Shown: positions 16,463 through 25,802, counted from the stretch's first letter. The stretch is 25,883 nt of DNA from a virus (IMGVR_UViG_3300035135_001025:1-25883), one strand, 5' to 3'. A program made the numbers and translations. Notes: generated by a model from the sequence alone, not told the origin.

Positions 16463-18058
16463 ATGCCTGCAATTATATCGGATCAATTTAGGATTCTTAA
16501 CGCCGAGAATTTCGTAAAGAACATTACCGGCGCTGCGAGTACTACTGATAAGTATTATACGTTCATTGGTATGCCCAATGCCTTGGAACCGCAGGCAGGT
16601 GGCACATCAGATTGGGCAACTAATACTCCATCCCCACTGGATGGATTTAAAGAAGAAAACGAAATCAAGCAATCAATTATTGCAATGAGACAAATTACGT
16701 CGCAAGACGTAAGACGACTTGTAAGAAAGGTTGAATGGGTTTCGGGTACAACGTATGAAATGTATAGACATGACTATAGTGTCTATAACAGAACTCCAGT
16801 TAATGAAGCAACTTCATTATATCAGTCAAATTACTACGTTATTAATGATGATTTAAGAGTTTATATCTGTCTGCAGAATGGCACTGATCCAGAAAACCCT
16901 GCAGGAAAACCATCATATGATGTACCAAATTTCATCGATTTAGAACCAAGAGCTGCAGGTACTTCAGGTGATGGTTATATTTGGAAATATTTGTTTACGA
17001 TCAAACCATCTGAAATTGTAAAGTTCGATTCTATTGAATATATTCCAGTTCCCGAAAATTGGGGTAGTTCCACTGAAACTGCATCTACTAAGAATAATGC
17101 AGTTGATGGTAAAGTAGAAACAATTCTTATTGACAACAGAGGTTCTAACTATCAGCCAATCTCCACATCTTTCTCGAACGTACCAATTTTAGGTGATGGC
17201 ACTGGAGGCAAAGCAACTATTACTATCGATTCCTTTGGAAAGGTTTCTGAAGTATTTGTAACTGATGGTGGTAAAGATTACACTTATGGAACTATCCAGT
17301 TTTATCCTGGTGCTCCAGAATCAAATGCTGGAGAATCACTTGCTAACTTAGCAAATACGGGAATTGGAACAACTTCATTTGCACAATTTAAGGTAATCAT
17401 GCCGCCAAAGGGAGGTCATGGTTATGACGTTTATAGAGAACTGGGTGCATATAGAGTTCTTCTCTTCTCTAGATATGAAACGATTGAAACTAATCCAGAT
17501 ATTATTCTCGGAAATGACTTTGCTAGAGTTGGTATTTTGAAAAATCCAACTATTCCAAATAGTAACACTGAAATATTAAGTCAAAATATGGTTAGTGGTC
17601 TTGGTGCCCTTAAGTTATCTGGTGTTACCACAGCGACAACATATGCAGTTGATTCCGTTATTAAACAAACTGTTGGTCTTGGATCTACTGCTGTTGGATT
17701 TGTCGCTTCTTGGGATAAGACAACTGGCGTTCTTAAGTATTATCAACCAACAGGTCTAGCGTCGAGTGAATCTGGATTCAAAATTATCCCATTCACTTCG
17801 TCACCAGAACCAGGTTATGGTGTAACAATTAATTGCAATTCCATCGTAGGACCAGCACTATCGATTGATACTGCATTCCAAGGTATCACTACCTCAATAA
17901 ATAATAAGATATACCAATTAGGTCTAGACTTTGTAGCTGGTATTGGATCTGCAGAATTTAATAAAAAGTCTGGTGAACTAATCTACATAGATAACAGGGC
18001 CCCAATCCCTAGATCCGCTAGCCAAAAAGAAGATATCAAAGTTGTACTGGAGTTCTAA
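16463..18058 (+). CDS. gp8: T4-like baseplate wedge subunit gp8 (531 aa)
   Basis: MPAIISDQFRILNAENF start, W(V)SGTTYEMYRHDY, YYVINDDLRVYICLQNG, GDGYIWKYLFTIKPS and C-terminal SGELIYIDNRAPIPRSASQKEDIKVVLEF are gp8-type motifs. Position after gp7 fits. Confidence 0.92.
   Translation: MPAIISDQFRILNAENFVKNITGAASTTDKYYTFIGMPNALEPQAGGTSDWATNTPSPLDGFKEENEIKQSIIAMRQITSQDVRRLVRKVEWVSGTTYEMYRHDYSVYNRTPVNEATSLYQSNYYVINDDLRVYICLQNGTDPENPAGKPSYDVPNFIDLEPRAAGTSGDGYIWKYLFTIKPSEIVKFDSIEYIPVPENWGSSTETASTKNNAVDGKVETILIDNRGSNYQPISTSFSNVPILGDGTGGKATITIDSFGKVSEVFVTDGGKDYTYGTIQFYPGAPESNAGESLANLANTGIGTTSFAQFKVIMPPKGGHGYDVYRELGAYRVLLFSRYETIETNPDIILGNDFARVGILKNPTIPNSNTEILSQNMVSGLGALKLSGVTTATTYAVDSVIKQTVGLGSTAVGFVASWDKTTGVLKYYQPTGLASSESGFKIIPFTSSPEPGYGVTINCNSIVGPALSIDTAFQGITTSINNKIYQLGLDFVAGIGSAEFNKKSGELIYIDNRAPIPRSASQKEDIKVVLEF
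17896..17903 (+). promoter_or_regulatory. Probable internal late promoter AATAAATA inside the gp8 3' end, serving the VrlC-like gene
   Basis: Same 10-nt context (TCAATAAATA) as the promoter at 16423-16432, about 160 nt upstream of ATG 18065. The gp8-VrlC gap is only 6 nt, too short for its own promoter. Confidence 0.55.
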
Positions 18059-18064
18059 ATCAAC

Positions 18065-21000
18065 ATGGCACAGAATATCAATCTAAACGCTTCTCCATAC
18101 TTTGACGATTTTGATGCGTCAAATAGTTATCAGAGGGTTTTATTCAAGCCAGGAACTCCTATTCAGGCAAGAGAACTTACTACCCTACAGTCAATTCTAC
18201 AAGATCAAGTAGAACAGTTTGGTAAACACTTCTTTAAAGAAGGATCAGTCGTAATTCCTGGTCAAATTGCATATGACCCAGACTATTTTTATGTTCAAAT
18301 TGATGCAAACCACTTAGGAGTTCCAGTAGAAATTTATTTGGATGCTTTGGTTGGTCAAACAATCAAGGGTCAAATTAGTGGTGTTAAGGCAAAAGTTGTA
18401 AATTATATTACCTCAAGTACATCTGAAAGGGGAAATGCAACTCTCTATGTAAAATATTCAACTGGTAGTGAAAATGATGAGGGTGCTAATGGAAATCAAA
18501 AAACCGTTTTTGATGCTGGTGAAAATCTTGTAGTTACTCAGGATGTAAAGTATTCACTATCTACTATTAGATCCGAGTCTACTTTTGCTACTACTCTTCT
18601 CACCGATTCAGTTGGTGAGGGTTCTGTTGCAAAAATTGCAGAAGGTGTCTACTTTATTAGAGGATTTTTTGTAAATGTTCCTGCTCAGGAGGTAATTCTT
18701 GATCAATATGGAGATACTCCTTCCTATAGGGTTGGTCTCTTTATAAATGAAGAAATTACGGTTGCATCTACAGAAAATCCAGATTTATTTGATAATGCAA
18801 GAGGATTTTCAAACTTTGCTGCTCCAGGTGCAGATAGACTGAAAATAACTACAACTCTAATTAAAAAGAGTTTGGATGATCTAAATGATGAAGATTTTAT
18901 TGAATTACTGAGAATTGAAAACGGCATAGTTCAAAAATTCGTAAAAGATAGCACATATAATGTTATTAGTGATGAGTTAGCTAGAAGAACATATGATGAA
19001 TCGGGTCACTATTATGTAACTCCGTTTTCGATTGAAGTAAAAGAATCTCTAAATGATCAAATTGGAAATGATGGTGTTTATCTACCAAATCAACAAACAC
19101 AATCTGGAATAACTCCTTCGGACGATTTTATATCTTTACAAATTTCTCCAGGTAAAGCATATGTCAGAGGATATGAAGTAGAAACTATTAGCACCACCTC
19201 TCTTGATGTACCTAAAGCCAGAACTACCGAATTAAAAGAAAATTCAAGTGTTCCATTTACTCTGGGTAGACAATTTGAACTGAATAATGTTCATGGTTCT
19301 TTGCCAGTAGGATTTTCAACGTCAACAGTTTCATTACGTTCGGAAAGAACTGTAAGTGGGGGAACTGCAGCGGGTCTCGAAATTGGTGTTGCAAGAGTTT
19401 ATGATTTAAAACTCAAAAATGCTGATTATCAAAATGATGCTACTCCATTCGTAGTATCATTATACGACGTACAAACTTATAATTATATCAATCTTAATTC
19501 TACCATTGATTTAGCATTACCAGCTTATATCGAAGGTAAGAATAGTAGTGCTCATGGATACCTTGTAGAAGCAGTATCTGGAAGCAACCAATTAAAACTG
19601 TATCAAGTATCTGGTACTTTTATTCCTAACGAACAGATTAAAATTAATGGTGAAGATGATTCTAGAACCATTCAGGATGTAAGAGATTACAGTATGAATG
19701 ATGTTAAACAACTTCATTCTAGCACTGCAGCATTCACTGCGGATATTCTTTTGAATAGAGGTATTGCTATTGCTCCTCAAGGAGATCAATTCAGCATTAC
19801 TTCTGGTGGTGTAATTAAATCACCAAATCAAACATTTAGTGTAGGTATTCAAACAGGTGATATTGTTGCATATGCACAAGAAGGTGATACTGTACCCACT
19901 TTCAACAAAGTAACTGCCGTAAGTGCATCTGCAAAAACAATTACAGTAAGTGCTACGACAGCGGTTACTGGAGTTTCTAATGGTGCTTTACCTGGTAGTA
20001 CAATTACAGTAACTAATGTTTTAAAACTAGTTCCTCAGGAATTTAATCTTAATGAGGCATACCTTTATGCGCCTCTTGAAGAAATCAATGTTTCTGATAC
20101 TAACCTATCGGAGTCTAATATTGTAGTCAGAAAGGCATATGATGTTACCATCTCTGGTAATGGTTTAAATCAGACTCTTGAAACTGATAACAGTATGACT
20201 CTGGAACCATTTGATGAGGAGGATTATAACCTTACTTACACTAGCACTGGTGCAATTGAAAGTCTTGATAACAGTAAATTGACTGTAAATGGTAGAACCA
20301 TTACATTGCAAGATCTTAGTGTAGCTAGTGGTTCTGCAAGATTAACAGTAACTTTCAAGAAGAAAGATCTTACTCCAAAGAGTAAAGTATATAATAGAAA
20401 TGCCGTATTGATTGTAGATAAGTCTTCCAAAGAAGGTTCTGGTACTGCAACTACTTCATTCCAAGATGGTCTTACTTTTGGTAAAATATTTGGAACTAGA
20501 GTTCAGGATAAACAAATTTGTCTCAATGTACCAGATGTTCAGGATGTTCTTGCTATATTCGAGTCTAATGATGAGAATGAACCAGAACTACCAAAACTCA
20601 CATTAACTAACTTTAATGCTAATATTCTCAATACCATTAAAGGTGAGTACATTAAAGGCGAAACTAGTGGAGCGGTTGCTACAGTTGTTGTTAATAACGC
20701 AACAAATCAAGTAGATTTTGTTTATCTAAATGAACAGTCTTTCCAGGTAGATGAAAAAGTAACTTTTGCAGAGTCTCAGGTTACTGCAAATGTTTCTGCA
20801 ATTTCTGTCGGTGATAGAGACATTCTTCCAAACTTTAGTTTGGTTCCAAATCAAAAACCACAATTCTGCGATTACTCTTATCTAGAAAGAAACAGCGATA
20901 GCGCTGCACCAACCAGAAAGTTAAAAGTTATTTTTAATCACTATGTTCTAAATGCTGATGACCCTGGTGACTTCGTAACCGTAGATTCTTATGAAAAGCA

Positions 21001-24000
21001 AAGATATAAGTCCGAAATTCCTATTTTAGAAGATGGTGTTGCTGGTTGTGACATTATTGATGTTAGACCAAGAGTTGTGCCATTTGATGTAGCTACCGCT
21101 ACAAGATCTCCATTTGAATATAATGCAAGAGCTTTTGCAAAGGCTACAAACTCTTCACCATTTAACTTTGTATCTGATAAAGCAATCAACTTAGATTATA
21201 ATTTCTATCTCGGTAGAATTGATAGAATTTATCTAAACAAAGATGGTGAGTTCTTCCTTGCAGAAGGTGTGCCATCTAAAGAACCTAAAGAACCTCAAGT
21301 GATTGATGGATCTTTGGATGTAGGAACCATTACAGTTCCACCATACGTATTTAAAACTGATGACGTGGAAGTAGTTCTTACTCCACATAAGAGATATAGA
21401 ATGATCGATATCTCTCAACTTGAAGATAGAATTACCAGTGTTGAAAATTATACTGCACTTTCTTTACTTGAAACTGAAACTAAAAACTTAACTATTAGAG
21501 ACTCTCAGACTGGTTTGGATAGATTTAAGTCTGGATTCTTTGTTGATAACTTTAGATCGGTATTTGGTGGTGAAACTGCTGCATCCGACTATAGGTGTTC
21601 TATTGACACTCTTGAAGGTCACTTAAGACCAACTCATTATACTACTGCTATTGATTTACTTCTTGGATCTGAAGCGGTTATTGGTTCATCTGGAACGCCA
21701 GATCCAGCAGCCGATCTTAGATTTGTTCAAGATCTTGGAACTCCTAACACCATTAAAAAAGGTGATGTTGTTTGTCTAAACTACGATGATGTAGTTTACT
21801 TTGCAAATAAATTTGCTACTAGATCCGAAAACGTTAATCCATTCCATGTTGTTAACTGGATTGGTGCTATTGAACTTAATCCAGCAACTGATACTTGGAT
21901 TGAAACTAAAAAAACCAAGAGAACTGCAGACATTGAAGGCAATTACAAGACAACTATGCAGCAAACTGGTGCTGATAGTAATACTGGTTTAGCTCCTGTA
22001 GAATGGGGTTCTTGGAATACAACTTGGAGAGGAACACAGGTAACTGGAAGAAATACTAGGAGAACTAGGGTTGACAGTAGAAGGATTGGTAGAACTACAA
22101 CTACAGGCCCCAGAAGAAGTAGAGGTAGACTACGTACAACCAGAACCACAAGAAGAGATACTTTTATCCAGTTTACAAATACCACAACTCTCACTACTAC
22201 AAGACAACAAAGAACTGGTACTCAACTTAAAGTTGCTGAAAGATTTGATTCTACAAGTCTAGGAGACAGAGTTGTTTCTACTGAAGTTATTCATACAATG
22301 AGAAGTAGAAACATTGAATTTATTGCAAGAAGAATGAAACCTAATGGTAGGGTTTATCCATTCTTTGATAACGTGGACATGTCCAAATACGTTATCCCCA
22401 AACTTATTGAAATTGAGATGGTATCTGGAACTTTCCAAGTTGGTGAGGTTCTTGTTGGTAATAGTGGTGCTGTTTCAATAAGAGTTAGAGTTGCAACTGC
22501 CGATCATAAGTATGGTCCTTATAATGCACCAGATCAAACTTACAAACAGAATCCATACAAGACTGGTGAAATTTTACCAAAAGCATATTCAACTACTTCT
22601 TCAATTGTAAACATTGATACTGCAGGTTTGGAACTCCAGTCTGCTTCTGGTTATTATGGATACATTGTGAAGGACATGAAACTTGTAGGTCAATCCAGTG
22701 GTGCAGTTGCAAAAATTAAAGATGTAAGACTTAAAGCTGATAATTCTGGAACTATTATCGGTTCTCTATTCTTACCAGATCCAACTCTTTCTTCTACACC
22801 ATCTTTTAGTACTGGAACAAAGACTTTCTCACTAACTTCTAGTAAAACTAAGTCAACTATTGTTGGTACTAAGGACAGTGAAGCAGAAACTACATATAGT
22901 GCTTCTGGAACTCTACAAAACGTAGAGAATCTGACTCTCAGAATGAGAAATGCAGACGTTGAGAGAAATACTCAAACTCAAGGCAGGACTCGACAGAGAA
23001 CTAGAACTAGACAAAGAGCTCGTACAACCTTTAGGGATAGAACTACCACTCAGAGAAGATGGGTTGACCCACTTGCACAATCCTTTGAAGTTCCAGATAC
23101 AAATGGTATCTTTATCTCTAAGGTAGATTTCTTCTTCAGAACAGTTGATACTGCAGGTCTTCCAGTTACTTGTCAGATCAGAACAATGCAAACTGGTCTG
23201 CCAACTCAAACAATTGTTCCGTTTGGTGAAACTGTATTAACTCCAGATCAAGTTAGTGTTTCCAACGATTCAAGTGTACCAACTACATTTGAGTTCCCAT
23301 CTCCAGTTTATCTTGCACCAAACCAAGCATATTGTTTCGTTCTCCTATCTGCATCTAATGAATATAATGTTTGGATTTCGAGAATGGGTGAAGTAGATGT
23401 TTCTACCTTGGATAAGGCAGAATCTGAACAAATTATTGTTGCACAACAACCACTATTAGGTTCCCTATTTAAATCTCAGAACGGTGCAACATGGGATCCT
23501 GCACAATATGAAGATCTTAAGTTGACTGCATATAGAGCAGAATTCTTTGAAGGTTCTTCTACTGCAAGATTCTACAATCCAGATCTTGATATTGGTAATA
23601 ATCAAATTGCAAGTCTCGATCTGAATCCACTGGAGACTACTTCTAAGTCTATTCTCGTAGGTATCGCTAAGAGTCTATCCACTGCGGAAACTGGAGCTTT
23701 AACTCCAGGTGTTAAAGTATTGCAACAAAGTAATCCTGGATTCTCTGGAAATCTAAGAAGTCTTGTAGGTGCTATCGGTATCAGTAGTGATTTAACCATT
23801 ACTAATGCAGGAACTGCGTTTACTTCCGCAAGTACTACTTACTCTAATGTAGATCTGATTTCTCTTACTGGTAAAGGTAGTGGTGCAAAAGCGACAGTTA
23901 CTGTCAATGGTGGTGTTGCAGTTGCTGCTACAGTATCGATTGGTGGTACTGGTTATGCATTTGGCGACTCTTTAACTGTGGATTATGCAGATACTGGAAA

Positions 24001-25573
24001 CTTCGGTAAGAATTTAATTCTATCAATTCCAAATACTGTTGGTGTTATCTCCGCATTTAACTCACTAATTATTGATAGAGTTCAAGGTAATATTGCAGTT
24101 GATGCTTCATCAACTCTATTCTATGTTGGTACTGGTGGAACCGCAAATATCAGCGGTGCATCAAATGTTAAATATGCAGAAACTCTAAGTGATGGACTTC
24201 ACCTTAAAGTTCGTCATTCAAATCACGGAATGTATTCTGTTAATAACTTTGTTACTCTATCTGGAATTCAACCAGATCAAAAACCATCAAAAATTGAAGC
24301 AAAGTATACTCCATCCGCAACTGGAGATTTGGTTGTAGAAAACGTTGGCATTTTCACTAGTTTTGAAAATGTTCCAGTTGATAATACAAATCCTGGTTAT
24401 ATTATTATTGATGACGAAATCATTAAATACACTGGAGTAAATACTTCTGCAAATTCCTTACAAGGAATCAGCAGAGCACAAGATAACACCATTGCTGAGG
24501 AACACTCAATCAATGAACCAGTGTATAAGTATGAAATGAATGGTGTTTCTCTTAGAAGAATCAATAAAAAACATGATTTTTCTGAAGTTAATCACTCACT
24601 GTTCCCGATTGACATTGATTCTTATCACATTAAGATTGATGCATCTGAGTCTGGAACAGATAGAACTACTGGAAATGCCAATTCATTCCCAGTTCTATTC
24701 TTCAACGAAGATAAGAAGTGTGGTTCTTATGATCAACTATCACTTAAGAACTCTAATAGAACTCCACATGCAACCCAAAACATCCCATTCAATGCTCTAA
24801 CTCCTAATCTACAAACTGCAATTCCTGAGGGAACTACAGTTTCTGCGAAAGTTAGAACTTTCTCTGGAGGTTCTCCTGACAATCTAACTCAAGTATCATT
24901 CAATGATCAAGGATTTGAACCTATTAGTTTGGAGAGTACTAATTTCTTTGAGACTCCAAGAATAATTTGTTCTAAGGTCAATGAAGATGAACATCTACAA
25001 GATTTCCCTGGTAAGAAATCATTCACAATTGAAGTTTCTCTTGAAACCACTGATCCAAAAGTTTCTCCAATGATTGACTTGGATAGAGTGAATGCTATTT
25101 TAACTACAAATAGAATTAACTCTAAGATCACGAATTTCTCTACTGACGGTAGAGTTAACTCCCTGACAGAGGATCCAAGTGCAGCAACTTATGTTACTAA
25201 GATCATTAAACTCGAAAAAGGATCTGATAATTTGAAAGTATTCTTTGATGCATACAGACATTCTAGTAATGACATCAGAGTTCTTTACAGATTGTTTAGA
25301 ACAGATACTGATGAATCTAATCAATCCTACGAGTTGTTCCCTGGTTATAGAAACCTTGATGCAAATGGAAATGTAGTTAGTGCTTCAGATAATGATGGTC
25401 TACCAGATAAGATCGTCGATTTCTCTAACACTGATGATGATTTTAGGAGTTATGAATATACTGCGAAAAATCTCCCCTTATTTAATGGATTCCAAGTTAA
25501 AATCGTTATGAATGGAACTAATTTGGCAAAAGTTCCTTTGATTCGTGATCTCAGAGTTATCGCAACTGCTTGA
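18065..25573 (+). CDS. VrlC-like / DUF4815-containing large virion structural protein (2502 aa)
   Basis: N-terminal NLNASPYFDDFD..YQRVLFKPG.PIQARELTTLQSILQDQ, FAAPGADRLKI, LARRTYDESGHY, PGKAYVRGYEVE, DRFKSGFFVDNF, ENVNPF, DPLAQSF, LGSLFKSQNG.TW...QYEDLK and C-terminal P.IRDLRVIA. This family typically follows gp8 in cyanomyophages. Confidence 0.88.
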   Translation: MAQNINLNASPYFDDFDASNSYQRVLFKPGTPIQARELTTLQSILQDQVEQFGKHFFKEGSVVIPGQIAYDPDYFYVQIDANHLGVPVEIYLDALVGQTIKGQISGVKAKVVNYITSSTSERGNATLYVKYSTGSENDEGANGNQKTVFDAGENLVVTQDVKYSLSTIRSESTFATTLLTDSVGEGSVAKIAEGVYFIRGFFVNVPAQEVILDQYGDTPSYRVGLFINEEITVASTENPDLFDNARGFSNFAAPGADRLKITTTLIKKSLDDLNDEDFIELLRIENGIVQKFVKDSTYNVISDELARRTYDESGHYYVTPFSIEVKESLNDQIGNDGVYLPNQQTQSGITPSDDFISLQISPGKAYVRGYEVETISTTSLDVPKARTTELKENSSVPFTLGRQFELNNVHGSLPVGFSTSTVSLRSERTVSGGTAAGLEIGVARVYDLKLKNADYQNDATPFVVSLYDVQTYNYINLNSTIDLALPAYIEGKNSSAHGYLVEAVSGSNQLKLYQVSGTFIPNEQIKINGEDDSRTIQDVRDYSMNDVKQLHSSTAAFTADILLNRGIAIAPQGDQFSITSGGVIKSPNQTFSVGIQTGDIVAYAQEGDTVPTFNKVTAVSASAKTITVSATTAVTGVSNGALPGSTITVTNVLKLVPQEFNLNEAYLYAPLEEINVSDTNLSESNIVVRKAYDVTISGNGLNQTLETDNSMTLEPFDEEDYNLTYTSTGAIESLDNSKLTVNGRTITLQDLSVASGSARLTVTFKKKDLTPKSKVYNRNAVLIVDKSSKEGSGTATTSFQDGLTFGKIFGTRVQDKQICLNVPDVQDVLAIFESNDENEPELPKLTLTNFNANILNTIKGEYIKGETSGAVATVVVNNATNQVDFVYLNEQSFQVDEKVTFAESQVTANVSAISVGDRDILPNFSLVPNQKPQFCDYSYLERNSDSAAPTRKLKVIFNHYVLNADDPGDFVTVDSYEKQRYKSEIPILEDGVAGCDIIDVRPRVVPFDVATATRSPFEYNARAFAKATNSSPFNFVSDKAINLDYNFYLGRIDRIYLNKDGEFFLAEGVPSKEPKEPQVIDGSLDVGTITVPPYVFKTDDVEVVLTPHKRYRMIDISQLEDRITSVENYTALSLLETETKNLTIRDSQTGLDRFKSGFFVDNFRSVFGGETAASDYRCSIDTLEGHLRPTHYTTAIDLLLGSEAVIGSSGTPDPAADLRFVQDLGTPNTIKKGDVVCLNYDDVVYFANKFATRSENVNPFHVVNWIGAIELNPATDTWIETKKTKRTADIEGNYKTTMQQTGADSNTGLAPVEWGSWNTTWRGTQVTGRNTRRTRVDSRRIGRTTTTGPRRSRGRLRTTRTTRRDTFIQFTNTTTLTTTRQQRTGTQLKVAERFDSTSLGDRVVSTEVIHTMRSRNIEFIARRMKPNGRVYPFFDNVDMSKYVIPKLIEIEMVSGTFQVGEVLVGNSGAVSIRVRVATADHKYGPYNAPDQTYKQNPYKTGEILPKAYSTTSSIVNIDTAGLELQSASGYYGYIVKDMKLVGQSSGAVAKIKDVRLKADNSGTIIGSLFLPDPTLSSTPSFSTGTKTFSLTSSKTKSTIVGTKDSEAETTYSASGTLQNVENLTLRMRNADVERNTQTQGRTRQRTRTRQRARTTFRDRTTTQRRWVDPLAQSFEVPDTNGIFISKVDFFFRTVDTAGLPVTCQIRTMQTGLPTQTIVPFGETVLTPDQVSVSNDSSVPTTFEFPSPVYLAPNQAYCFVLLSASNEYNVWISRMGEVDVSTLDKAESEQIIVAQQPLLGSLFKSQNGATWDPAQYEDLKLTAYRAEFFEGSSTARFYNPDLDIGNNQIASLDLNPLETTSKSILVGIAKSLSTAETGALTPGVKVLQQSNPGFSGNLRSLVGAIGISSDLTITNAGTAFTSASTTYSNVDLISLTGKGSGAKATVTVNGGVAVAATVSIGGTGYAFGDSLTVDYADTGNFGKNLILSIPNTVGVISAFNSLIIDRVQGNIAVDASSTLFYVGTGGTANISGASNVKYAETLSDGLHLKVRHSNHGMYSVNNFVTLSGIQPDQKPSKIEAKYTPSATGDLVVENVGIFTSFENVPVDNTNPGYIIIDDEIIKYTGVNTSANSLQGISRAQDNTIAEEHSINEPVYKYEMNGVSLRRINKKHDFSEVNHSLFPIDIDSYHIKIDASESGTDRTTGNANSFPVLFFNEDKKCGSYDQLSLKNSNRTPHATQNIPFNALTPNLQTAIPEGTTVSAKVRTFSGGSPDNLTQVSFNDQGFEPISLESTNFFETPRIICSKVNEDEHLQDFPGKKSFTIEVSLETTDPKVSPMIDLDRVNAILTTNRINSKITNFSTDGRVNSLTEDPSAATYVTKIIKLEKGSDNLKVFFDAYRHSSNDIRVLYRLFRTDTDESNQSYELFPGYRNLDANGNVVSASDNDGLPDKIVDFSNTDDDFRSYEYTAKNLPLFNGFQVKIVMNGTNLAKVPLIRDLRVIATA

Positions 25574-25574
25574 T

Positions 25575-25802
25575 ATGGAAAAACGACCAGTTAAAGACAT
25601 TCCTGGGTTATTTCGTTTAGACAGCGGAGCAATCGTAAATTGCTCCGACTCTGAATATAATAATTATATGGAAGCAAAAAAACTCAAGTTAAAAGAACTT
25701 GAAGAAAAACAAAGTGAAAAAGAAGAAATCCAACAATTAAAGTCGGATGTGGAAGATTTAAAAGACATGTTAAAACTGGTCTTAAATAAATTGGATAAAT
25801 AG
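25575..25802 (+). CDS. Small conserved phage protein with C-terminal coiled coil (75 aa, MEKRPVKD...NKLDK)
   Basis: ATG at 25575 lies 1 nt after the upstream TGA, more plausible than the track's overlapping non-ATG start at 25545. LFRLDSGAIVN motif then a heptad-like segment IQQLKSDVEDLKDMLKLVLNKL. I recall similar small genes downstream of VrlC-like genes in cyanophages. Confidence 0.8.
   Translation: MEKRPVKDIPGLFRLDSGAIVNCSDSEYNNYMEAKKLKLKELEEKQSEKEEIQQLKSDVEDLKDMLKLVLNKLDK
25794..25801 (+). promoter_or_regulatory. Late promoter motif GATAAATA overlapping the last codons and stop (D-K-TAG) of the small ORF
   Basis: ATAAATA core 22 nt upstream of ATG 25824. Spacing is similar to that of the gp8 promoter. 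Confidence 0.7.

Noticed and set aside
22913-23209. Minus-strand ORF with a poly-Ser run (TSSLSSSSSLSS)
   Set aside because: It is the antisense reading of the AGA/ACT-rich Arg/Thr tract of the VrlC-like gene.
2921-25324. About 40 short alternative-frame and minus-strand ORFs (61-147 aa) in the ORF track
   Set aside because: All lie within long plus-strand genes, most lack ATG starts, and they read as Ser/Ile/Leu-rich shadows of the sense codon bias with no recognisable motifs.
1782-25573. Intein, group I intron or homing endonuclease as the cause of the very long ORFs
   Set aside because: I saw no Hint-domain ends (C-[LF]...HN-[CST]), no LAGLIDADG, HNH or GIY-YIG motifs and no frame interruptions. 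The extra length is explained by structural repeats.
25545-25574. N-terminal extension MISELSQLLD of the small ORF
   Set aside because: It needs a non-ATG start overlapping the upstream gene. ATG 25575 immediately after the stop is more parsimonious.
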